A stretch of DNA of 32,000 nucleotides from Anaerolineae bacterium (GTDB taxonomy: Bacteria > Chloroflexota > Anaerolineae > B4-G1), in contig JBHIET010000034.1 of NCBI GenBank assembly GCA_046760785.1, positions 1,851-33,850 on the forward strand, read 5' to 3'. Below, piece by piece: positions 16,896 through 25,158 of this stretch. A model generated the notes under the pieces. The model was not told where the DNA came from and did no database searches. It saw only the letters and a program-made list of their open reading frames with translations. Position 1 is the stretch's first letter; each line of letters opens with the position of its first letter. The position numbers and the translations under genes are program-made.

Positions 16896-16911
16896 GAAAG
16901 GGGGCTGTCTT

Positions 16912-17865
16912 ATGGAGACCACGTTCGAAAAGGCAACCGCACTCGCATTAGCTGAACCGGAAGCCCCCCCACTTTCCCTGCGAGAACTTATCTGGCGTCG
17001 CTTTCGCCGCCACAAGATGGCGTTGGCCGGTGCTGTTATGCTCATCCTGCTGCTTCTGTACTCGGTTGTTGGCGCCTTCTTCTTCTCCGAGTCCTATGCC
17101 AACCACACCGACACCGGCCTGAGGCTGCAGCCGCCATCCGCCGAGCATCCTTTCGGCACCGACACCGTCGGGCGCGACATCTTGGCGCGCACTGTCTATG
17201 GCGGGCAGATCTCATTGCTGATTGGCCTGTTTGCTGTCATAATCCAGGTCATCGTCGGCGTGCTCATCGGCGCCATCTCGGGCTACTATGGGGGCTGGAT
17301 AGATGGTGTCTTAATGCGCTTCACCGAGGCCATGTTTAACATCCCTCAGATACCCCTGCTCCTCGTGATGGCCAAGTTTTTCGCCGGCAAGATCCCAACC
17401 ATCGAGTTCTTTGGCCGGACTTTCAGCGGCAGCGTGATCGTCATCATCCTCATCATCGGGCTGACCAGTTGGATGTACCTGGCCCGCATTGTGCGCGCCA
17501 ATTTCCTCTCACTCAAGGAGCAGGAGTTCATAACCGCCGCCCGCTGCATTGGGGCGCGCAACATCTCCCTCATCTTCGAGCACATCCTGCCCAACACTAT
17601 CGCCCCCATTATCGTCTCCGCCACGCTGGGAGTGGCCAACGCCATCATCACTGAGGCCTACATCAGCTTCTTGGGCCTGGGAGTCAAGCCACCAACCGCT
17701 ACCTGGGGCAACATGCTCGAAAGAGCCAACCATTACATCGAGTCCGCCTCCTGGCTGTGGATCATCCCGGGTACTCTGATCGTTCTGACTGTGCTATCCA
17801 TTAACTTCGTCGGCGACGGCCTGCGTGACGCGCTTGACCCCCGGGCTCTTGTTGAGACTGAGTAG
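16912..17865 (+). CDS. ABC transporter permease (DppC/OppC type)
   Basis: Same frame as ORF 16888..17865. ATG 16912 has AAAGGGGG 6-7 nt upstream. ATG 16888, which overlaps the upstream stop, is the alternative start. Motifs: HPFGTDTVGRDILARTVYG, FITAARCIGARNISLIFEHILPNTIAPIIV. Confidence 0.9.
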   Translation: METTFEKATALALAEPEAPPLSLRELIWRRFRRHKMALAGAVMLILLLLYSVVGAFFFSESYANHTDTGLRLQPPSAEHPFGTDTVGRDILARTVYGGQISLLIGLFAVIIQVIVGVLIGAISGYYGGWIDGVLMRFTEAMFNIPQIPLLLVMAKFFAGKIPTIEFFGRTFSGSVIVIILIIGLTSWMYLARIVRANFLSLKEQEFITAARCIGARNISLIFEHILPNTIAPIIVSATLGVANAIITEAYISFLGLGVKPPTATWGNMLERANHYIESASWLWIIPGTLIVLTVLSINFVGDGLRDALDPRALVETE

Positions 17866-17874
17866 GAGGTAGCC

Positions 17875-18861
17875 GTGACCCGGTTGCTGGAAGTTAGAGA
17901 CCTCACCACTCGTTTCCACACGCTGGACGGCGTCGTCTATGCCGTCAACGGCATCTCCTATACGCTGGGGGAGGGAGAGACACTGGGCATCGTGGGGGAA
18001 AGCGGGTGCGGCAAGAGCGTCAGCGTCCTCTCTGTGATGGGGCTTATCCCCGAGCCACCCGGTAAGATCGCTGCCGGTGAAGTTCTCTACCGGGGGCAAG
18101 ACCTGTTGAAACTGAACGAGACGGAGATACAGAACGTCCGAGGCAGGGAGATTGCCATGGTCTTTCAGGACCCGATGACCTCCCTCAACCCGGTCCTGAC
18201 CATCGGCCGCCAGATCAGCGAACCGCTGATCGTCCACTTGGGGATGGGGCAGGAGAAGGCTCACCGGCGGGCGGTGGAGTTGCTGGATATGGTGGGCATT
18301 CCCCAGGCGGCCGACCGGTATCGCGATTACCCCCACCAGTTCTCCGGCGGGATGCGCCAGCGGGCGATGATCGCGATGGCGCTGGCCTGCAATCCCAGCA
18401 TCCTCATCGCCGACGAGCCAACCACCGCCCTGGACGTGACGATTCAGGCCCAGATTATTGACCTGGTCAAGAGTCTGCGCGACCTGTTGGGAATGGCGGT
18501 GATCTGGATCACCCACGACCTGGGCATTATCGCAGGCCTGGCGGAGAGGGTGATCGTGATGTACGCGGGCTTCATCGTCGAGCAGGGAAGCGTGGACGAC
18601 ATCTACGGCGACCCTCGCCATCCTTACACGCTGGCGCTGCTGAAGTCCCTACCGAGAGTGGATCAGACCAGCAACGAGAGGCTGGCCACCATCTCCGGCC
18701 TCCCACCAGACCTGCTGGGGCTGCCGCAGGGCTGCCCCTTTACCCCGCGCTGCGCTTACGCGGTTGAGCGGTGCCGCCAGGAGAATCCCCAACTGGAGCC
18801 CATAGGGTTCGGCCACGAGATCGCCTGCTGGGTGGATGTGAGCACAGGGAGAGAGCGATGA
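17875..18861 (+). CDS. ABC transporter ATP-binding protein (DppD/OppD type)
   Basis: GTG start with AGGAGG 5 nt upstream. [39 protein letters not shown] tail. Confidence 0.95.
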   Translation: MTRLLEVRDLTTRFHTLDGVVYAVNGISYTLGEGETLGIVGESGCGKSVSVLSVMGLIPEPPGKIAAGEVLYRGQDLLKLNETEIQNVRGREIAMVFQDPMTSLNPVLTIGRQISEPLIVHLGMGQEKAHRRAVELLDMVGIPQAADRYRDYPHQFSGGMRQRAMIAMALACNPSILIADEPTTALDVTIQAQIIDLVKSLRDLLGMAVIWITHDLGIIAGLAERVIVMYAGFIVEQGSVDDIYGDPRHPYTLALLKSLPRVDQTSNERLATISGLPPDLLGLPQGCPFTPRCAYAVERCRQENPQLEPIGFGHEIACWVDVSTGRER

Positions 18862-19841
18862 TGAGCGGCAACCGGGTACTGGTGCAAGTGGAGGGCCTCA
18901 AGAAGCATTTCCCCATCACCCGTGGCATCCTCATCCAGCGACAGGTGGGGGCGGTCAGGGCGGTGGATGGGGTGAGCTTCGACATCTACCGGCGGGAGAC
19001 GCTGGGTCTGGTGGGGGAGAGCGGCTGCGGGAAGACGACAGCGGGCCGCACGATCCTCCAACTGTACCCCCCCACGGCGGGCCAGGTGATCTTCGACGGG
19101 ACGGACCTGACCGCCCTGAGGGGGGAAGCGCTGCGGCGCATGCGGCGGCGGATGCAGATGATCTTCCAGGACCCCTATGCCTCTCTCAACTCGCGCATGA
19201 CCATCTCCCGCATCATCGGCGAGCCCCTGCGGGTTCACAGACTGGCCTCGGGCAAGGAGCAGGTTGAGCGGGTCCAGGAGTTGCTGCGCCTGGTGCGCCT
19301 CAACCCTCGCTTCATCAATCGTTACCCCCACGAGTTCTCTGGCGGGCAAAGACAGCGCATTGGCGTCGCGCGTGCGCTGGCCTCCAATCCGGAGTTCATC
19401 GTCTGCGACGAGCCCATCTCCGCCCTCGACGTATCCATCCAGGCCCAGATCGTCAACCTGTTGGAGGACCTCCAGGATCGGTTGGGGTTGACCTACCTGT
19501 TCATCGCTCACGACCTGAGCATGGTGCGTCACATCTGCGATCGGGTGGCGGTGATGTATCTCGGCCAGATCGTGGAGCTGGCCGAGAAGGACGAACTCTA
19601 CGACCATCCGGTTCATCCGTACACCCAGGCGCTGCTCTCCGCCGTTCCGGTGCCGGACCCGGTCGCCGAGCGCCAGCGTACGCGCATCATCCTGCAGGGG
19701 GATGTCCCCAGCCCGGCCGACCCGCCCCCCGGCTGCCGCTTCAGCACCCGTTGCCCCGCCGCTAAAGAGGTTTGTTTTGAGGAGGAGCCCCCGTGGCAGG
19801 ACGTGGGCGGGCGCCATTTCGTCGCCTGTCACGAAAGCTGA
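18858..19841 (+). CDS. ABC transporter ATP-binding protein (DppF/OppF type)
   Basis: Same frame as ORF 18771..19841. Start moved to ATG 18858, which overlaps the upstream TGA (ATGA). [40 protein letters not shown] tail. Confidence 0.95.
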   Translation: MMSGNRVLVQVEGLKKHFPITRGILIQRQVGAVRAVDGVSFDIYRRETLGLVGESGCGKTTAGRTILQLYPPTAGQVIFDGTDLTALRGEALRRMRRRMQMIFQDPYASLNSRMTISRIIGEPLRVHRLASGKEQVERVQELLRLVRLNPRFINRYPHEFSGGQRQRIGVARALASNPEFIVCDEPISALDVSIQAQIVNLLEDLQDRLGLTYLFIAHDLSMVRHICDRVAVMYLGQIVELAEKDELYDHPVHPYTQALLSAVPVPDPVAERQRTRIILQGDVPSPADPPPGCRFSTRCPAAKEVCFEEEPPWQDVGGRHFVACHES

Positions 19842-19920
19842 GAGTAGTACGCTGCAGTCGGGACATCGCCGGGCAGGGTTTTTGGGCATTGGGGGCAAAA
19901 GCTGCGCTTACCTGCTCGCA

Positions 19921-19938
19921 GCCCCCATCCACGGGGGC
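19921..19938 (+). repeat. GC-hairpin element, partial copy (GCCCCC atccac GGGGGC)
   Basis: cagcccccatccacgggggcgtc matches cagcccccgtccgcgggggcgtc at 22793-22815, with 2 mismatches in the loop. It is followed by a GCGAG agtcac CTCGC hairpin. Lies 80 nt after the stop of the last ATPase gene. Confidence 0.6.
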
Positions 19939-20010
19939 GTCCAGGGCGAGAGTCACCTCGCAAACCCGCCCTTCTTAAGCATCGGATGCGTACGGTAGGG
20001 AGTTCTTGAA

Positions 20011-20547
20011 ATGAGAACTCACACGTCCAGGCATCGGAAACTGCTAGTGCCAATACTGGCCCTTGCCGGAGCGATAGGATTCTGCGGATACGGCGAGATC
20101 GCCGTTACGAGTCAGGACCCGTTGTGGTTTCTTGGCGGAGCTTCAGTACCTGACCCTGAGCGGATCGTCATTCGCGTTGGCGGCGAGGAGACTATATTAA
20201 CTGCCAGTTCGCCTGGCTACGATCTGATCGTCGAGGCTGCAAGGGAGGCGCTGTCCGAGTTCAACAACCTGTCGCCTCTCTCGGCAGGTCTGAGCGAGGC
20301 GACACTGGCAGAATACCAACGTAGTGGCAGCATTCTCGAGTTGTATTTCAACGAGCCAGTGGACTTTCACCTGCCCTTCTACGATGGCAGGCCAACCGCG
20401 TTGTTGGTCCCCATCGAGGGCCGGCACGCCGGGCACGGCTACGTCTTCCGTGGCAGAAACGGCCAGTGGTGGGCCGGGCAGATGTGCATGAGTGACCCCC
20501 AGCCTCTTTTCGACGCATTGTCAACGCTGGGTTACGTTCAGCAGTAG
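20011..20547 (+). CDS. hypothetical membrane-anchored/secreted protein
   Basis: 178 aa. N-terminal basic stretch plus hydrophobic segment (RKLLVPILALAGAIGFCGYG). I recognise no family. Only a 19-nt gap to the next gene. Confidence 0.5.
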   Translation: MRTHTSRHRKLLVPILALAGAIGFCGYGEIAVTSQDPLWFLGGASVPDPERIVIRVGGEETILTASSPGYDLIVEAAREALSEFNNLSPLSAGLSEATLAEYQRSGSILELYFNEPVDFHLPFYDGRPTALLVPIEGRHAGHGYVFRGRNGQWWAGQMCMSDPQPLFDALSTLGYVQQ

Positions 20548-20566
20548 TTTCCCGCAGGAGATTTCT

Positions 20567-21725
20567 ATGCCCAGAGACATCACCCTCGGAACCGCTACCT
20601 CAAAGCCGGGCACTGTTCAATATGGCCGGTGGGAGGCGCTCAGCCACCCCACCGGGCACACCGAATTCCTGCCGGTCATCATCGCCCAGGGCAACGAAGA
20701 TGGTCCCTGCCTGTGGCTCACGGCCGGTATCCACGGCCCCGAACAGGCCGGCCCGCTCGTGCTCTACAGACTCATCACCCAGGAATTGGTAAAGCGGCTG
20801 AAGGGAACCGTGGTTGCCATCCCGGCCCTCAACCCGGCCGGCCTGCGCACTAATAAGCGTGAACCCTATCACACACCCAAAGACCCGAACCGGCTGTGGC
20901 CCGACGGCAAGCCTGAGAAACCCCAGGACCCGGACAAAGAGCCACCTTCCTCGCTGGAAAAGGCTTATGAGCGACTGTTCAAGGAGATCGTCGCCAGTGC
21001 GGATTACCTGATTGACTATCACAATGCCTGGACCAATTCCATCTCATTCGCTTTTCGCGACCGGGTGATGTACCGCGCTGACCAGCCCCCCCGCAAGCGG
21101 GGGGGAAGTAGGGGGGGGTAAAGCGGAGGCCGAGGCCCTGGCTGCAAAGCAAGAGGAGATGCTCCACTCCTACGGCCACACGATTGTCAACGAATTCCCG
21201 GTGGAGAAGTACATTGATGAGAAACTGTATCGCTCCACGTCAGGAGCCGCTTTGCTGGTGGGCGAGATTCCGTCCTTCACCGTGGAACTTGGCAGTGGCG
21301 AAATGCCAGACCCGGCCATCGTGGCAGCCTCCGTCGCTGGCACGCGCAACGTGATGCGTTGGGCTGGCATGCTGGATGACGACCCGGAACCTATTGAAGG
21401 CATCAAGGTGGTAGACCCTGGCTTCCCTGTGCGGCGGCGCGGCACCCCGCGCGTGGACGAGGCCTGCGTGGTGCTGCACATGGTTGAGGCGGGCGATCTG
21501 GTGAGAGCAGGCGACCCGGTGGCCGAAGTGCGCGACGTGTGGGGCCGACCGCTGGGCGACGGCCTGCTGCGCTCCGAGCACGATGGTTTCGTCATCGGCC
21601 GCTCGCATGGTATCTACTTCTATCCTGGTGATGCAGTGTTGGGCATGGCCATCCGTGACGATGCGCCGCTGGTAGCGCCATACCCGGAGGATTATTTCAA
21701 GGAAGACGGTGACTGCTCACCTTAA
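20567..21725 (+). pseudogene. succinylglutamate desuccinylase/aspartoacylase (AstE/AspA, M14-like) family gene, interrupted by a +1 frame change at G/C homopolymers
   Basis: ORF 20492..21121 (true start probably ATG 20567, MPRDITLG) carries the N-terminal half, including the LWLTAGIHGPEQAG zinc motif and DYHNAW. ORF 21159..21725 (its frame is open from 21069) carries the C-terminal half. The frames meet at C7 (21086-92), G7 (21099-105) and G8 (21111-18). Deleting one G in the G7 run gives a continuous ...ADQPPRKRGEVGGGKAEAEALAAKQEEMLHSYG... Confidence 0.7.
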
Positions 21726-21824
21726 GCTCAAAGTCCCCGTCCCGGGGGCGTCACATGCGGTGGACGGCCGCTTTTCCATGCCGTTCTGCGCTCAAGACGC
21801 CCCCGAGACGGTGGCTACGAGCTT
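21724..21824 (+). repeat. GC-hairpin element, degenerate copy
   Basis: Closing stem AAGCTC(21724-29)/GAGCTT(21819-24). Hairpin CCCCG tcc CGGGG (21735-47). Then cgcccccgagacggtggct (21798-21816), which matches cgcccccgagacgggggct at 22861-22879. Confidence 0.55.
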
Positions 21825-21846
21825 GGGAAGGGATAAAATGCTCAAA

Positions 21847-21868
21847 GGGGACGATAGTCCCCGTTTTT
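21847..21868 (+). terminator. Rho-independent terminator
   Basis: GGGGAC gata GTCCCC followed by G TTTTT, 120 nt after the peptidase gene stop. Confidence 0.6.
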
Positions 21869-21896
21869 GGTTCGGTGTGAAAAGCCGCCAGCCGAC

Positions 21897-21925
21897 TTGC
21901 TGAAAGTGGCCTGGGCAGGTATAAT
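21897..21925 (+). promoter_or_regulatory. promoter (TTGCTG-17 nt-TATAAT)
   Basis: TTGCTG 21897-21902 and TATAAT 21920-21925, upstream of ORF 21993. Confidence 0.5.
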
Positions 21926-21992
21926 GAAGTTGCAGAGGTATTAGCCTGCAGGAGTTGAGATGATGGAATAGTATTACGGGCTGACTGCTGAG

Positions 21993-22715
21993 ATGTACCG
22001 GGCGGTGGTGGCGCTGGTGGACGACCGGATGCAGGAGATTCGCGTTGTCCGCCAGGACTATGACCGGCTGGCAAAGGGCCAGGAGCGGATTGAGGCGCGA
22101 ATGGATCGGGTGGAAGCTGCGCTGGAGCGGTTGGCCGAGGCACAGGCTCGCACCGAAGAGCGAGTGGAGCGGCTGGAGGCCACGGTCCAGCAACTGGCCG
22201 AGGCACAGGCTCGCACCGAGGAGCGGCTGAATGATCTGATCCGGGTTGTCGCCGGCATGCAAGATAGGCTGGGAGCCGTCTATGGCCGCCAACCGGAACT
22301 CACTTACAAGGAACGGGCCGGAGCCTACTTCGGCCCCCTCCTGCGGCATGTGCGCGTCGTCTCCCTCATTGAGATCGAGGATGACCTGGAAACCCAACTC
22401 TCTGATGAGGAGTTCCAGGACTTGCTGCTGCTGGACCTGCTGGTCAGGGGGCAACCCCGCTACCTGCCTGATGTTCCTCAGGTGTGGCTGGCAGTCGAGG
22501 TCTCAGGGGTGATTGACCGGCACGACGTGGAGCGGGCCCGGCGACGGGCTGGATACCTGAACAAAGCAGGGTACATAGCCCTACCGGCGGTGGCGGGAGA
22601 ACAAGCCGCCGAGGGAGCGGAGGCAATGGCCCAAGACAAGGGAGTGCTGCTGGTTCTGGATGGCCGTGCGTCCTTCTGGGAGCAGGCGCTGGAGCAGGCA
22701 TTGGCGGGGAAGTGA
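21993..22715 (+). CDS. coiled-coil protein with C-terminal PD-(D/E)XK-like (restriction-endonuclease-fold, DUF3782-like) domain
   Basis: 240 aa. N-terminal heptad-rich region with duplicated LAEAQARTEER. C-terminal DLLLLDLLVRG...VWLAVEVSGVIDRHDVERARRRA resembles a D...E-x-(K/S) nuclease core. The family name is assigned from memory only. The RBS at ATG 21993 is weak. Confidence 0.55.
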   Translation: MYRAVVALVDDRMQEIRVVRQDYDRLAKGQERIEARMDRVEAALERLAEAQARTEERVERLEATVQQLAEAQARTEERLNDLIRVVAGMQDRLGAVYGRQPELTYKERAGAYFGPLLRHVRVVSLIEIEDDLETQLSDEEFQDLLLLDLLVRGQPRYLPDVPQVWLAVEVSGVIDRHDVERARRRAGYLNKAGYIALPAVAGEQAAEGAEAMAQDKGVLLVLDGRASFWEQALEQALAGK

Positions 22716-22759
22716 TTCAGTCAGGCATATCCATTCATCACGCCAGAACTTACCGGCCC

Positions 22760-22921
22760 CAGGGTTGTTCAGTTCTAGCTTTTCAAGGCTCTCAGCCCCC
22801 GTCCGCGGGGGCGTCTTGGGGCAGAAAATCGTCCCAAAGGCGACATTTCGCTGCATGGGCCGCCCCCGAGACGGGGGCTGGGAGCGTTTTATATCGAGCC
22901 AATTAGAACTGAACAGCCCTG
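22760..22921 (+). repeat. 162-nt highly structured GC-hairpin element (18-bp closing stem, 8-bp inner stem, four internal hairpins)
   Basis: CAGGGTTGTTCAGTTCTA (22760-77) pairs with TAGAACTGAACAGCCCTG (22904-21): 17 Watson-Crick pairs plus 1 G-T. GCTCTCAG (22788-95) pairs with CTGGGAGC (22878-85). Hairpins: CCCCCG tccg CGGGGG (22796-811), CTTGGGG..TCCCAAAG, GCGA catt TCGC, and CCCCCG aga CGGGGG (22863-77). Confidence 0.75.
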
Positions 22922-22922
22922 C

Positions 22923-22961
22923 CACCGGCCCGGTCGGGACGCGCACCCGGTCGGGCCGGTG
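22923..22961 (-). terminator. candidate terminator hairpin of the NAD operon (10-bp stem, weak U-tract)
   Basis: CACCGGCCCG (22923-32) pairs with CGGGCCGGTG (22952-61), 9 nt beyond the pncB stop. Only a T-rich (not poly-T) tail follows on the minus strand. Confidence 0.35.
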
Positions 22962-22969
22962 TCGTTCCC

Positions 22970-24568
22970 TCAATTTCCCTGCCTCACCGACTCAATGAGC
23001 TCCTGCTTGAGGTCCCACAGTCGCTCCGTGAGAGAGACGTGATAGATATGCGGGTTCACGAGTCGTTTGACGCCGGGATCCAGCCGTTCCACGTCGGCAA
23101 GACGGTGCTCGCGCATCTCCTCGATCGTCGGTGGCTTGTAGACCAACTCACCCTCTCTCAATACATCCACAAGAAGCGGCTCGATCTCCGAGACCTCATC
23201 CCGGTCGAGCGTTCGGTACGTGGTATGCTCCGTAGGGTGGTGCAGGAGCATGCATTCCATCTCGCGGGGGTCCTCGTCGTCGAGGCTGAGGAGGTCGGCT
23301 GTGGCTTTGCCCCGCCGGTCATACACGCGCCAGACGAGCTTATCGCCCGGGTTGATTGTCTTCGCTGGCGTCTCTGAGAGCTTGATGGCCGGTACCCATC
23401 GGCTGCGCCCTTCGGCTTCGCTCAGGACAGGCTCAGGGCAGGCCCACTCTCCTCCATCCTGCACGGCCACCAACTTGTAGACGCCATCGAGAGCGGATGC
23501 ACCCTGGGACGTGATCAGCCGGGTGCCTACGCCATACACAAGCCGGCCGATAAGATGGTCAGGGTCAACGGAGTAGCGCGGCGCCTCCTTTTCGATCTGG
23601 GTGATGATCTGCCAGATGACGAGTTCGTCCAACTGGTTGGACAGAACGATCGCTGTATCGGGGAAATCGGCCTCATCCAGCATCCTGGCCGCCTGAATGC
23701 TGAGATGCGCCAGGTCACCCGAATCCAACCGAATGCCTACCGGCTCGTGCCCCTTGCGCCGCAATTCCTCGAAAACACGGATGGCATTGGGAATGCCGCT
23801 GTCCAGCGTGTCAATCGTATCAACCAACAACAGGCAGTCATCGGGGTAGACGTCGGCATACGCACGGAACGCGCCGAGTTCCCCCTCACCAAGCGCCATG
23901 AAAATCTGAACCATGCTGTGGGCGTGGGTGCCTTTTGGTGGATATCCCAACACGTGGGAAGCTCCAACATTGGAGGTGAAATCGGCCCCGCCGATAAGAG
24001 CCGCCCTTGCACCAGCGTTGGCTCCTTTCTCTTGTGCCCGGCGCAATCCAAACTCAAGCAACAACCGTCCCCGACCGCTTTCGTGGATGCGTGCGGCCTT
24101 TGTGGCGATGAGCGTCGGGTAGTTCAGATGGTTGAGCAGCGACGTTTCCAGGATCTGGGCCATCGCCAGTGGCCCCTGGACGACGGTGAGCGGAACATTG
24201 GGATGCACCACACGGCCTTCCGGGATGGCGCGCATGGTGATGCCGTCGAACGTGCCGTTCTCCCCCAGCCAGGCGAGGAAATCGTCGTCGAATGTCCGTC
24301 TGCCCGTTCGACCCGTTTGACCGCGCAAGTATTCGATGTCCTGGTCCCGAAAACAGGCTTCCTGCATCCAATCCAGCAGCCATTCCAAACCGGCGTTGAT
24401 GCAATACCCGGCCTGGTGAGAGCCGTAATTGGGATAGCTGCGAAAAAAGTAATCGAACTGAGCGTGCTTCTCGTGTAATCCCATCCTGTAGTAGAGCTGA
24501 GCCATGGTGAGCTGGTATTGATCGGTGAACAGGATGCCCTCGGCCGTCGGCCGATCGGATAGCTTCAT
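22970..24568 (-). CDS. pncB: nicotinate phosphoribosyltransferase (long-form NAPRTase)
   Basis: Same frame as ORF 22970..24694. Start moved to ATG 24568 (GAGGAGGAAGAG upstream). [68 protein letters not shown]. Confidence 0.9.
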   Translation of the reverse strand: MKLSDRPTAEGILFTDQYQLTMAQLYYRMGLHEKHAQFDYFFRSYPNYGSHQAGYCINAGLEWLLDWMQEACFRDQDIEYLRGQTGRTGRRTFDDDFLAWLGENGTFDGITMRAIPEGRVVHPNVPLTVVQGPLAMAQILETSLLNHLNYPTLIATKAARIHESGRGRLLLEFGLRRAQEKGANAGARAALIGGADFTSNVGASHVLGYPPKGTHAHSMVQIFMALGEGELGAFRAYADVYPDDCLLLVDTIDTLDSGIPNAIRVFEELRRKGHEPVGIRLDSGDLAHLSIQAARMLDEADFPDTAIVLSNQLDELVIWQIITQIEKEAPRYSVDPDHLIGRLVYGVGTRLITSQGASALDGVYKLVAVQDGGEWACPEPVLSEAEGRSRWVPAIKLSETPAKTINPGDKLVWRVYDRRGKATADLLSLDDEDPREMECMLLHHPTEHTTYRTLDRDEVSEIEPLLVDVLREGELVYKPPTIEEMREHRLADVERLDPGVKRLVNPHIYHVSLTERLWDLKQELIESVRQGN

Positions 24569-24590
24569 ATCAATCTCTTCCTCCTCATAA

Positions 24591-25154
24591 TCACGTCGGG
24601 AACTCAAGGAACTCGACAGGGATGCGCTTTGCCAGGTAGACCGCTTCGTCCGCCTGGTAGAATGTGACACCGGCGGCGTGAGCGTCAGCGGCACGGACGG
24701 TGAGAACGACTGGCCGGTTATCGTGTCGAGCCCCCACTCGTATAGCGGTCTCTACGTCGGGCGAGAGGTGGACGTACTGGCGCTCCATCGGCTTGAGACC
24801 CTGCTGGCGGACGGAATCCAGGCTGTCTGGTGAGGTACCGTGGTAAAGGATTGGCGGCGGGACGCAAGGTTCGTAGACGATGGGCTGAGCGAGGGAGTGG
24901 CCGTACCGGGCGCGGATATGCTGCCCCTCCACCTGGAAGCGGCGCCTGCCGTCACCGGTGCCTCCCTCGACGACCGCCATCACGTCGGCGCGGGTGGCCC
25001 AGCGAAAGTTGGGCAGCCCGCGCAGGATCTCCGTCACTTCCGGCAGCGACGCCCAGCCCTCCTCGTCCAGCTCCAGCGCAAATCGTTCCGGCTGGTGACG
25101 CAGGATGAGGGCCAGGAATTTGCTCAGTTTGATCAGACGGTGTGAAGCGGCCAT
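24591..25154 (-). CDS. kptA: RNA 2'-phosphotransferase, Tpt1/KptA family
   Basis: Same frame as ORF 24591..25274. Start moved to ATG 25154, 4 nt after the nadB stop. [55 protein letters not shown]...[15 protein letters not shown]. Confidence 0.85.
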   Translation of the reverse strand: MAASHRLIKLSKFLALILRHQPERFALELDEEGWASLPEVTEILRGLPNFRWATRADVMAVVEGGTGDGRRRFQVEGQHIRARYGHSLAQPIVYEPCVPPPILYHGTSPDSLDSVRQQGLKPMERQYVHLSPDVETAIRVGARHDNRPVVLTVRAADAHAAGVTFYQADEAVYLAKRIPVEFLEFPT

Positions 25155-25158
25155 ATCT

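Noticed and set aside
21159-21725. ORF 21159..21725 as an independent 188-aa gene.
   Set aside because: Its frame is open from 21069. The sequence is the C-terminal half of the AstE/AspA-type protein whose N-terminal half is ORF 20492..21121. It was annotated together with that half as one frameshifted gene.
22134-22225. The 63-nt-spaced direct repeat inside ORF 21993..22715 as a mobile or regulatory repeat.
   Set aside because: It is in frame and encodes a duplicated coiled-coil heptad segment (LAEAQARTEER), so it is an internal protein repeat.
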